Position numbers and translations under genes: made by a program. The notes under the pieces are model-generated. The model was not told the DNA's origin, searched no databases, and saw nothing but the letters and a program-made list of their open reading frames with translations. A DNA stretch of 27,234 bases, counting the filler, from an uncultured virus (IMG/VR IMGVR_UViG_2049941000_000284) (Duplodnaviria > Heunggongvirae > Uroviricota > Caudoviricetes). It is 13 parts of one record of this genome, joined end to end, with 100 filler letters (N's around TTAATTAATTAA, not from the genome) between each part and the next. Parts side by side here need not be neighbours in the genome. Positions count along the whole stretch, not along the records: positions 1 to 435 come from IMGVR_UViG_2049941000_000284; positions 536 to 1,058 come from IMGVR_UViG_2049941000_000284; positions 1,159 to 3,710 come from IMGVR_UViG_2049941000_000284; positions 3,811 to 16,759 come from IMGVR_UViG_2049941000_000284; 9 more parts are not named here. The stretch is one strand, 5' to 3'. Shown one piece after another: positions 1 to 7,596 of the stretch (position 1 is the first letter of the stretch; each line of letters opens with the position of its first letter).

Positions 1-316
1 CTTCTTTTATTTCATCTTTGGAATATTCTGTCGGGAAATATGTAGGATCATATTTTTCAAGAATTTCTTTTGCTGCTTCAAAATTAGATAAGCCGTTTAA
101 TTTTGCATATAATGTTACAGCGTCACGACCTACCATGTCGTCGTCTGCATAATCATTGAATGCGCCTGTTGTAAGATTGATTTTGAAACTGCCTTTCTGT
201 TTGTCGTTTCTTAATGGATTTATTGCGCTCCATTGTCCGTTTTCTTCTTCACCGTCTGGAAGCCATAACTTTATATAATTGAGCCCAACTGAAGAAGCTC
301 TCTCGAATAAGTTCAC
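1..316 (-). CDS. DNA primase N-terminal domain (P4-alpha/CHC2-like, Cys-less); 3'-partial
   Basis: My translation from GTG at 316 (RBS GGGAGGA at 324-330): MNLFERASSVGLNYIKLWLPDGEEENGQWSAINPLRNDKQKGSFKINLTTGAFNDYADDDMVGRDAVTLYAKLNG. The W..NP.R.D...GSFKINL.TG...D...G.D...L pattern is typical of phage primase N-termini. Not in the ORF track. Confidence 0.75.
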   Translation of the reverse strand, partial: MNLFERASSVGLNYIKLWLPDGEEENGQWSAINPLRNDKQKGSFKINLTTGAFNDYADDDMVGRDAVTLYAKLNGLSNFEAAKEILEKYDPTYFPTEYSKDEIKE

Positions 317-323
317 GAATTAT

Positions 324-425
324 TCCTCCCATGAATTAAAAATAATATGCTCGTCTTTCCGAGCCGTCAAGTAGTCTTTCCTACTAGCCAATCATTTTAA
401 CCTTACGGGAGGAGCGGTTAAAATG
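324..425 (-). promoter_or_regulatory. Candidate structured 5' leader RNA of the primase gene
   Basis: 10-bp hairpin at 393-425 whose loop (UCCUCCCGU) is complementary to the RBS; two 5-bp hairpins with identical GAAAGA loops at 370-385 and 349-364. Confidence 0.55.
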
Positions 426-479
426 GAATGTCCTCNNNNNNNNNNNNNNNNNNNNNNNNNNNNNNNNNNNNNNNNNNNN

Positions 480-491
480 TTAATTAATTAA
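480..491. other. Artificial scaffold linker TTAATTAATTAA (first of 12 copies; others at 1103, 3755, 16804, 18450, 19453, 20907, 21527, 22625, 24314, 26029, 27020)
   Basis: Identical 12-mer with stop codons in all six frames, always flanked by about 44 N on each side. Confidence 0.97.
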
Positions 492-535
492 NNNNNNNNN
501 NNNNNNNNNNNNNNNNNNNNNNNNNNNNNNNNNNN

Positions 536-749
536 CAAATGGAACGCCAAAAACTGTTCCTTTATGCACTCTTTCAATCGGAGTGTCAACTTCTGTCCTA
601 ATTAGTGAAAACTTGTTTTTTGAAACTAAATCTCGAAAAGAGGCTATACTTAATTCAATTTCAACCCTATATCCTCTAATGTCCAAACCACTTGAACTAA
701 GTTCAAATTGTGCTTTTCTTATTTTTTCCAAAAGTTCTTCAAATGTCAT
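536..749 (-). CDS. Hypothetical phage protein, 3'-partial
   Basis: ORF MTFEELLEKIRKAQ... with GAGGAG RBS; overlaps the stop of the upstream gene. Confidence 0.65.
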
Positions 750-912
750 TTTCTTTTATCTCCTCAACCGTCACTTCAAAATAATCAATCGAATACTCTC
801 TAGGATATTCTTTATAAAAAGTTCTGACACTCACACTATATCTTCCTTCAACAAGTAAAGGTTTTATAAACTCCAAAACTCTGTCTATTGATGTAAACTT
901 GTATACCGTCAT
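739..912 (-). CDS. Hypothetical phage protein (MTVYKFTSIDRV...)
   Basis: AGGAG RBS before the ATG at 912 makes this start more likely than 960. Confidence 0.65.
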   Translation of the reverse strand: MTVYKFTSIDRVLEFIKPLLVEGRYSVSVRTFYKEYPREYSIDYFEVTVEEIKENDI

Positions 913-1159
913 TTTTCTTTTATCTCCTGTTCTTGGTATTCTTCTCCACAAACGTGCCATTCTTCCCCTTCGTTATAAGGCACTTCAATTTCTATCGATT
1001 TGAAAAAGTGTGTATAATCTTCATAAGATGTTTGTTTGTAACAAGTCAAAATTACTTTNNNNNNNNNNNNNNNNNNNNNNNNNNNNNNNNNNNNNNNNNN
1101 NNTTAATTAATTAANNNNNNNNNNNNNNNNNNNNNNNNNNNNNNNNNNNNNNNNNNNNG

Positions 1160-1627
1160 CAATTAATTCCAGTTACTCAGCTTTCCGAAGAAGAAAAAAA
1201 ACAGCGTTCAAGAAATGGCGGTGTAAAATCTGGTATCGCTAAACGAAAAATAAAAGCTGCTAAAATTACTCTAAATGACGTTATGGGACAATTTCTCACT
1301 GAACAGTTCCCACTTGAAGACAAAGACGGCCTTGTTGAGCGTATCGACGGTAAGGAACTTATCTTGCGTTTAATGCGCCAGGAACTAGCCAAAGGCGGTG
1401 ACACGGCTGTAAAACTTCTTAGAGTTATGAATGACATAATGCAGGGACAACCTAAAGTTATGCAGCAGATTAATATTTCTGCTCACGAACATAATTATCT
1501 TGACGCTGACAGAATGAAGCTCTTTGATGAAATTATGGGAAATAAACCGCAGGACGCAGAGCCTGAATCGAACGTTGTCGATGTCGAGTATGAAGTTAAG
1601 GACGTTGACGGCTCTAGTAATCAGTAA
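1160..1627 (+). CDS. Probable terminase small subunit, 5'-partial
   Basis: Frame is open from the gap: QLIPVTQLSEEEKKQRSRNGGVKSGIAKRK. The LIP...SEEE.K....GG.KSG..RR motif is common in phage TerS-like proteins; same strand as TerL. Confidence 0.6.
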   Translation, partial: QLIPVTQLSEEEKKQRSRNGGVKSGIAKRKIKAAKITLNDVMGQFLTEQFPLEDKDGLVERIDGKELILRLMRQELAKGGDTAVKLLRVMNDIMQGQPKVMQQINISAHEHNYLDADRMKLFDEIMGNKPQDAEPESNVVDVEYEVKDVDGSSNQ

Positions 1628-1633
1628 TATAAT
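1605..1633 (+). promoter_or_regulatory. Sigma70-type promoter
   Basis: TTGACG-17 bp-TATAAT. Confidence 0.7.
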
Positions 1634-1640
1634 AATGGGT

Positions 1641-1725
1641 AAAGGCAAGCCCGACGGGGTTGCGGTTATACTCGCAGTAACCGCACGCCTTTTCTTTATT
1701 TATGCGAGAAATAATTTGCGAGGTT
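1641..1725 (+). ncRNA. Candidate three-way-junction leader RNA with loop complementary to two downstream TGCGAG sites
   Basis: Outer stem AAAGGC/GCCTTT, hairpin AGCCC-GACG-GGGTT, hairpin TGCGGTTA-loop-TAACCGCA, then a U-tract. Loop CTCGCA is complementary to TGCGAG at 1703 and 1717 (the RBS). Confidence 0.55.
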
Positions 1726-1729
1726 ATTT

Positions 1730-1799
1730 ATGACTAAGATTTGCAGTAAATGTGGTGTTGAAAAAGAATTAAGTGAGTTTAATAAAAAACCGAGTTGTA
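1730..1799 (+). CDS. N-terminus of a Zn-finger protein, probably an HNH/EndoVII-type homing endonuclease; partial
   Basis: MTKICSKCGVEKELSEFNKKPSC matches the K.C.KC..EK.LSEF motif of phage endonuclease N-termini; GAGG RBS. Confidence 0.55.
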
Positions 1800-1810
1800 N
1801 NNNNNNNNNT

Positions 1811-2009
1811 ATTTTATCTCCCCTATCCTCTTCCCGCAGCAAGGACAATAATTTATCGGAAGCCATGTGTAATGCGTTGTTTTTCCTCTTGCATCACCGT
1901 TGACTTTTACTTCATCAACATACGCTGCCGTATATTCATAAGTTACTTTACAGCCGTCCTCGACTCTTTCTTTTTGAATGCTTTTAAGAAAATTATAGTT
2001 ATCGCAAAA
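1811..2009 (-). CDS. Small phage protein with C-terminal INYCPxCG Zn-ribbon, partial
   Basis: My translation: FCDNYNFLKSIQKERVEDG...WLPINYCPCCGKRIGEIK. Confidence 0.6.
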
Positions 2010-2020
2010 TNNNNNNNNNN

Positions 2021-2157
2021 TTCTTTATCAAGATTTCAATGATGATACTGATAAGATACATACTTCTAAACCCTGCGTCAGTCTTGTTGTCCTTCCTGAT
2101 TTCATTCATAAGTTTAAGCATACTTTCGCCAAACTCTTTGTCAGTTTCCTTATTCAT
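2021..2157 (-). CDS. Hypothetical protein, 3'-partial (MNKETDKEFGESMLKLM...)
   Basis: GGGGAG RBS; ATG overlaps the upstream stop; frame open to the gap. Confidence 0.5.
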
Positions 2158-2550
2158 CTTTCTCCCCCTTTACTAAGTCATACAAATAATTTCCTACATC
2201 GCGGGCAAGCTGTTCTATACAGTCACTTTCTGCTGTTCCNNNNNNNNNNNNNNNNNNNNNNNNNNNNNNNNNNNNNNNNNNNNNNNNNNNNNNNNNNNNN
2301 NNNNNNNNNNNNNNNNNNNNNNNNNNNNNNNNNNNNNNNNNNNNNNNNNNNNNNNNNNNNNNNNNNNNNNNNNNNNNNNNNNNNNNNNNNNNNNNNNNNN
2401 NNNNNNNNNNNNNNNNNNNNNNNNNNNNNNNNNNNNNNNNNNNNNNNNNNNNNNNNNNNNNNNNNNNNNNNNNNNNNNNNNNNNNNNNNNNNNNNNNNNN
2501 NNNNNNNNNNNGCCGTTCGGCGCTGTCCATTTACATTTTTTACCGCTCAT
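2150..2550 (-). CDS. Hypothetical protein, mostly in gap
   Basis: N-terminus MSGKKCKWTAPNG with AAGGAG RBS; C-terminus ...GNYLYDLVKGEKDE. Confidence 0.45.
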
Positions 2551-2586
2551 ATTTTTACGCTCCTTTATGTGTTATTTTAACATGTG

Positions 2587-3456
2587 TTATTTACGGCCAG
2601 TTGAACCCCAACCGNNNNNNNNNNNNNNNNNNNNNNNNNNNNNNNNNNNNNNNNNNNNNNNNNNNNNNNNNNNNNNNNNNNNNNNNNNNNNNNNNNNNNN
2701 NNNNNNNNNNNNNNNNNNNNNNNNNNNNNNNNNNNNNNNNNNNNNNNNNNNNNNNNNNNNNNNNNNNNNNNNNNNNNNNNNNNNNNNNNNNNNNNNNNNN
2801 NNNNNNNNNNNNNNNNNNNNNNNNNNNNNNNNNNNNNNNNNNNNNNNNNNNNNNNNNNNNNNNNNNNNNNNNNNNNNNNNNNNNNNNNNNNNNNNNNNNN
2901 NNNNNNNNNNNNNNNNNNNNNNNNNNNNNNNNNNNNNNNNNNNNNNNNNNNNNNNNNNNNNNNNNNNNNNNNNNNNNNNNNNNNNNNNNNNNNNNNNNNN
3001 NNNNNNNNNNNNNNNNNNNNNNNNNNNNNNNNNNNNNNNNNNNNNNNNNNNNNNNNNNNNNNNNNNNNNNNNNNNNNNNNNNNTATCACGCACTGCATAC
3101 ACATCTGCAAGCCATTCGTCATTATCGCCGTTATAACTATGGTCTATTATGCCGACGCTGTTTGTCAATAATATACCGTACTTTTTGAACGTCGAGCTTC
3201 TTGGTGCAATATGCGCTTCATATCCGTCAGGGAGTATCATTCCGACACCCAGTTTAATAATCGCGTCCTCGCCCGCTTTAATCGTTACCCCTCCAGGTAC
3301 CGCGCAACGGAGATCAATCCAGTCGCCTTTTTCAATTTTCTGTAACTTTTCAATGTCCTTATTAAAATATTTTATTTTAATTACCATACCTTCAGTCTCC
3401 TTCTGTTCCCAGTCGCCTGGAACTATACTTACTCCCTTGCCGTTTATCATTGTCAT
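2587..3456 (-). CDS. dut: Trimeric dUTPase (gapped)
   Basis: Motifs GDWIDL, APRSS, NSVGIIDHSYNG and C-terminal GWGSTG; GGAGG RBS. Confidence 0.92.
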   Translation of the reverse strand: MTMINGKGVSIVPGDWEQKETEGMVIKIKYFNKDIEKLQKIEKGDWIDLRCAVPGGVTIKAGEDAIIKLGVGMILPDGYEAHIAPRSSTFKKYGILLTNSVGIIDHSYNGDNDEWLADVYAVRDXXXXXXXXXXXXXXXXXXXXXXXXXXXXXXXXXXXXXXXXXXXXXXXXXXXXXXXXXXXXXXXXXXXXXXXXXXXXXXXXXXXXXXXXXXXXXXXXXXXXXXXXXXXXXXXXXXXXXXXXXXXXXXXXXXXXXXXXXXXXXXXXXXXXXXXXXXXXXGWGSTGRK

Positions 3457-3596
3457 TTTAATACCTCCTGTTTTATATAATAAGCGATTCCTTTTACACC
3501 AGCTTTATCACGAAGTTTTTCTACTTCCTGATTTGTAAAATATACGCTTATTGTCAATCCGGTTTTTCTGAATGTATCGTTTTTATGTACCTGCAT
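3453..3596 (-). CDS. Small basic protein, possibly a ribbon-helix-helix DNA binder; start uncertain
   Basis: MQVHKNDTFRKTGLTISVYFTNQEVEKLRDKAGVKGIAYYIKQEVLK shows an alternating beta strand then two helices; ATGA overlap with dut. Confidence 0.45.
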   Translation of the reverse strand: MQVHKNDTFRKTGLTISVYFTNQEVEKLRDKAGVKGIAYYIKQEVLK

Positions 3597-3812
3597 AAAA
3601 TTATACATATAATATTGCAATATTACATCAATCAAAGATGATGATGTAACTCTTTCGATCTCCTTAAAATCTTTTACTTCTCCCTTGATATTTACAAGTA
3701 TCTTTTCTTCNNNNNNNNNNNNNNNNNNNNNNNNNNNNNNNNNNNNNNNNNNNNTTAATTAATTAANNNNNNNNNNNNNNNNNNNNNNNNNNNNNNNNNN
3801 NNNNNNNNNNGC

Positions 3813-4897
3813 TATGAAATTGCAAAACCAGTTATTCCTCAAATATCGCGCGAACAATTCGCAAGCATGAGCCGTGAGCAACAGGATAAATACTTGTGGC
3901 TTTATAAGTCGCAAGTTGCACCTAAACTTGAAGTATTTCGGGAACATCACGCATATAAATTGGCTTTTGGCGGCCGCGGAGGAGCGAAGAGTTGGGGCTT
4001 TGCAAGTCTTTTAGCACAGAAGTTAAGTAAAGAAAAAAGGCTTTTGCTTTGTTGCCGAGAAGTACAGAACTCTATTGCAGATAGTTCAAAAAAAGTTCTT
4101 GAAGATACTATTACCCGATTAGGCTTACCTGGTTGGGTTTTTAAGCATGAAACACTTGAAAATACTATTACAGGCTCAACGGTAATTTTTAAGGGCTTGT
4201 TTAATATGCGTGCTGCAAACAGCTTGAAATCTTTGGAAGGTATAACGGACTGCTGGTGTGAAGAAGCTCAGTCTTTAAGTGCTGACAGTTTGAAATTATT
4301 ACTTCCTACTATCCGCCGTGACGGTGCGGAAATATGGGCATCATGGAATAGCGTTTCCCCTGATGATCCAATTGAAAAATTAAAAACACGAAAAGACGCT
4401 GTTATTGTTAAAATTAATTTTTATNNNNNNNNNNTCGTAAAGGCTTACAGGTATTGTCGCAAAAAGAATATAAACATTTAGACGGTGTACACCTTGCAGA
4501 TGAGTACGAAAAATTAGTTGAATACAGAAAAGATGTACATACAAAAATAGACGGTGGTGGTTGTGGTGCCAGTGTTATAGATGTCTTAAAATCTCGCGGT
4601 TATAGAAATATTACTGAAGTCAATTTTGGTGAAAAGGCTATGGACTCGAATAAATACGATAGCGCAGCAAGTGAGATGTGGTTCAGTCTTGATATAGCGA
4701 ATATCGGTATTCCTGACGACGACGAGCTTCTGCAACAGTTGTCAGACCGCAGATATTCATATAATAATAAAACGCAGAAAGTAGTCGAAAAGAAAGACGA
4801 CTATAAAAAAAGGCATGGCGGAAAATCACCGGATAAAGCCGACAGTCTTTTATTGTGTTTCTACGAGAAGCACAGACCGAAAATTGCACTTTATTAA
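3813..4897 (+). CDS. terL: Terminase large subunit (PBSX/Sf6-like), 5'-partial and gapped
   Basis: Walker A GGRGGAKS, CCREVQNSIADS, KSLEG..CWCEEAQ, PTIRR; nuclease domain ending KSPDKADSL. Confidence 0.93.
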
Positions 4898-4916
4898 ACA
4901 AAAGGAGTATACAAAA

Positions 4917-5163
4917 ATGAAAAGAATCAGAAACAAAGGTGAAGATTTAGCAGAAATGCTAGCTGAAATNNNNNNNNNNGAAAATCGGTGATGAGCCGAT
5001 ATTTGACGCAGTGAACAGTTACGAGATCACTCGTTGCCCGGGCGGTTTTATTTACAAGAACGAATATGCAGGCTTGTGTTTTGTTCCGGAAGCAAATACT
5101 GGTGTAGGTGTGATTAAGCACAGTGTCGCAAAGACTGAACCTAAAAAAATGGTGACAAAATAA
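4917..5163 (+). CDS. Hypothetical protein (gapped)
   Basis: AAGGAG RBS, MKRIRNKGEDLAEMLAE..., frame open after the gap to a TAATG overlap with the methyltransferase. Confidence 0.55.
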
Positions 5164-6362
5164 TGAGGTATGGGCTCGGATACTGTGGAAGTAAAAACGG
5201 CATAGCGGAATGGGTTTGTGATTATATTCCGAACAGCCGTAATTTTTACGATTTATTTGCCGGCGGTTGCGCTATAACCCATTGCTCGATGTTACACAAG
5301 AAGTCGGAAAATTATCTGATAAATGACATAAGCGATGTAGTAGAATTGTTCTATGACGCTGTTATGGGAAAATATAAAAATGAAACCCGGTGGATAAGTC
5401 GGGAAGATTTTTATAATTTTAAAGATAAAGACCCATATATTCGTTATTGCTGGAGTTTTGGTAACCGTGGCCTAGAATATATGTACAGCCTTGAGGTTGN
5501 NNNNNNNNNNNNNNNNNNNNNNNNNNNNNNNNNNNNNNNNNNNNNNNNNNNNNNNNNNNNNNNNNNNNNNNNNNNNNNNNNNNNNNNNNNNNNNNNNNNN
5601 NNNNNNNNNNNNNNNNNNNNNNNNNNNNNNNNNNNNNNNNNNNNNNNNNNNNNNNNNNNNNNNNNNNNNNNNNNNNNNNNNNNNNNNNNNNNNNNNNNNN
5701 NNNNNNNNNNNNNNNNNNNNNNNNNNNNNNNNNNNNNNNNNNNNNNNNNNNNNNNNNNNNNNNNNNNNNNNNNNNNNNNNNNNNNNNNNNNNNNNNNNNN
5801 NNNNNNNNNNNNNNNNNNNNNNNNNNNNNNNNNNNNNNNNNNNNNNNNNNNNNNNNNNNNNNNNNNNGCTTGCAGGATCTTCTACAAAATCTAGAAAGTC
5901 TAGAAAGGCTACAAAGTCTAGAAAGGCTAGAAAGGCTAGAAAAGCTAGAAAAGCTAGAAAAGCTAGAAAGGCTTACACTTTCCGTTGGCTCATACAAAGA
6001 CGTGAAGATAAAACCTGACTCGGTGATTTATTGTGATATTCCTTATCGCGGTACGGCTGAATATATCGGCGGGGTTTATTATGATGAGGTTNNNNNNNNN
6101 NTACTGCAAAGAAATCCTGCATAGTTCGCTTGATGTGTTAGAGTTGCAGAAGAACCTGACTGAACGAATTGAGCGTAATTCTGAAGAACTTCGTAACTAT
6201 TTACTTACGGGGCTTAAAAACGCGGGTAAACGGTCGAGTGAAGTTGATAAATACCTAGGTACTAACGGCATGGCCGGTCATTACTTCGGTAAAAGTCAGT
6301 GGGAGTTCCCGACTCGTGAGGTGTATATAAAGCTTCAGAGTTTCCTTGACTTACCGATTGAA
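5163..6362 (+). CDS. DNA adenine methyltransferase, D12/Dam class (gapped; 6102-6362 is probably an internal piece)
   Basis: Y.GSK, motif I DLFAGG, INDI, catalytic motif IV VIYCDIPY; fragment MAGHYFGKSQWEFPT resembles an insert seen in phage MTases. Confidence 0.85.
5882..5971 (+). repeat. Ten tandem 9-bp units CTA(G/C)AAA(A/G)(G/T) encoding L(E/Q)(S/R/K/N)
   Basis: ctacaaaat ctagaaagt ctagaaagg ctacaaagt ctagaaagg ctagaaagg ctagaaaag x3 ctagaaagg. Confidence 0.95.
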
Positions 6363-6398
6363 NNNNNNNNNNGGAGCAATTAACTTTATTTTAAGGCG

Positions 6399-6602
6399 GT
6401 GACTATTTTGACCTATAAGTTTAGATGTACAGCTTGCAACGGCACTTGTGAAAAGGACATACCGCTTGCAGAATACGACAAGCAGAAAGACAAGCAGATT
6501 TGTATTTGTGGCGGTAAATTAGCGCGTGTTATTGAATGGACCGGGATAGCAACTTGTGACGGCTCAGGCTGGTGCGGTAAGTCAACCGGCTCAACGATAT
6601 AA
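6399..6602 (+). CDS. FmdB-like zinc-ribbon protein
   Basis: TYKFRCTACN...ICICGGKLARVI...GSGW fits the Y.Y.C..C...C..CG..L.R pattern. Confidence 0.75.
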   Translation: MTILTYKFRCTACNGTCEKDIPLAEYDKQKDKQICICGGKLARVIEWTGIATCDGSGWCGKSTGSTI

Positions 6603-6675
6603 AAAAAAGCACGGCTACGGGAAGAGAGAGAAACCGTAACCGTGCTAAGTAACTATATCATTATTGGGAGGTTAC
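6600..6675 (-). ncRNA. Candidate ~75-nt small RNA with anti-SD loop and intrinsic terminator
   Basis: Own promoter; hairpin GUAAC-CUCCCAAUAAUGAUAUA-GUUAC; 13-bp terminator stem at 6608-6646 followed by a U run; no ORF. Confidence 0.55.
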
Positions 6676-6679
6676 ACTT

Positions 6680-6708
6680 ATAGTACAAGATTTTTGACAA
6701 ATAAGCAA
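6680..6708 (-). promoter_or_regulatory. Sigma70-type promoter for the candidate sRNA
   Basis: TTGCTT-17 bp-TACTAT on the minus strand. Confidence 0.5.
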
Positions 6709-6722
6709 CAATAAATTATTAT
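6694..6722 (+). promoter_or_regulatory. Sigma70-type promoter upstream of the portal gene
   Basis: TTGACA-17 bp-TATTAT. Confidence 0.65.
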
Positions 6723-6770
6723 GTATACAAAAATAGACAGTTTATACTGTTCGTACATGAGGAAGAAACC

Positions 6771-7596
6771 ATGTCAAAAATCACAGATAAAATCAAAAAT
6801 GCAATCAGGAAGAACTGGAGTTATGCGCCGAGTTTAGCAACAAGTGAACTTCTTGCATTGTACCACAAAAACCCACGTCTTGACGGCGCGCGTATTATTG
6901 CAACAAAATGCGCAAGCGTTGACTTGTATCTTTATGACAAGAAAGAATTAAGACAGAATAAGAACAATGCAGAAATTATTGAAGAACATGAGATTTACAA
7001 TCTTTTTGAAAATCCATGCCCTACTTACAGGGATTTAACCGGGTGGAATATCCGTTATTTTGTTTTTGCCTGCTATAAACTTGTCGGTGAAGCATACCTT
7101 TTGAAAGTTCGTGATGATAAAGGACACCCTGTTGCACTTCTTCCAGTTTCACCTTCTTGGGTTGTTACTACTCCTACTGTACACAATCAATTCTGGGAAA
7201 TCTACCCATACGGAAGCGCAGGCGGTAACGCAATTAAAGTGCCTGTAAATGATGTAATCAGTTTTAAAGATATAGATTTACTTGATCCTTACGGCCGTGG
7301 TCACGGTGTAGCCGAAGCAATCGGTGATGAAGTACAGAGTGACGAGTTTGCTGCAAAGTATGCAAAAAATCTTTTTTATAATGACGCTACTCCTAGTGCT
7401 ATTATTTATGCGCCTAACGGTGACAAAGACACAGCAGACCAGATTAAACAGACCTGGAAAGAAAAGATGTCGGGGTTGTTCCATAGTCACGATATTATGG
7501 TAATGACGGGCGAAAATACAAAGTTTGAAAAAATCGCAGAAAGTCCTAGAGAACTGGACTTTGTCGAGAGCCGTCGTTATTTGCGTGATAGTGCAT
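6771..7596 (+). CDS. Portal protein, HK97 family; 3' part in gap
   Basis: NPCP, GEAYLLKVRD..G.PVALLPVSPSWV, DPYGRGHG, FYNDATPSAII, SPRELDFVESR; position after TerL. Confidence 0.92.

Noticed and set aside
393..435. HDV-like/theta ribozyme (loop UCCUCCC resembles L3)
   Set aside because: I could not build the P1/P1.1/P2 double pseudoknot or find the catalytic J4/2 strand
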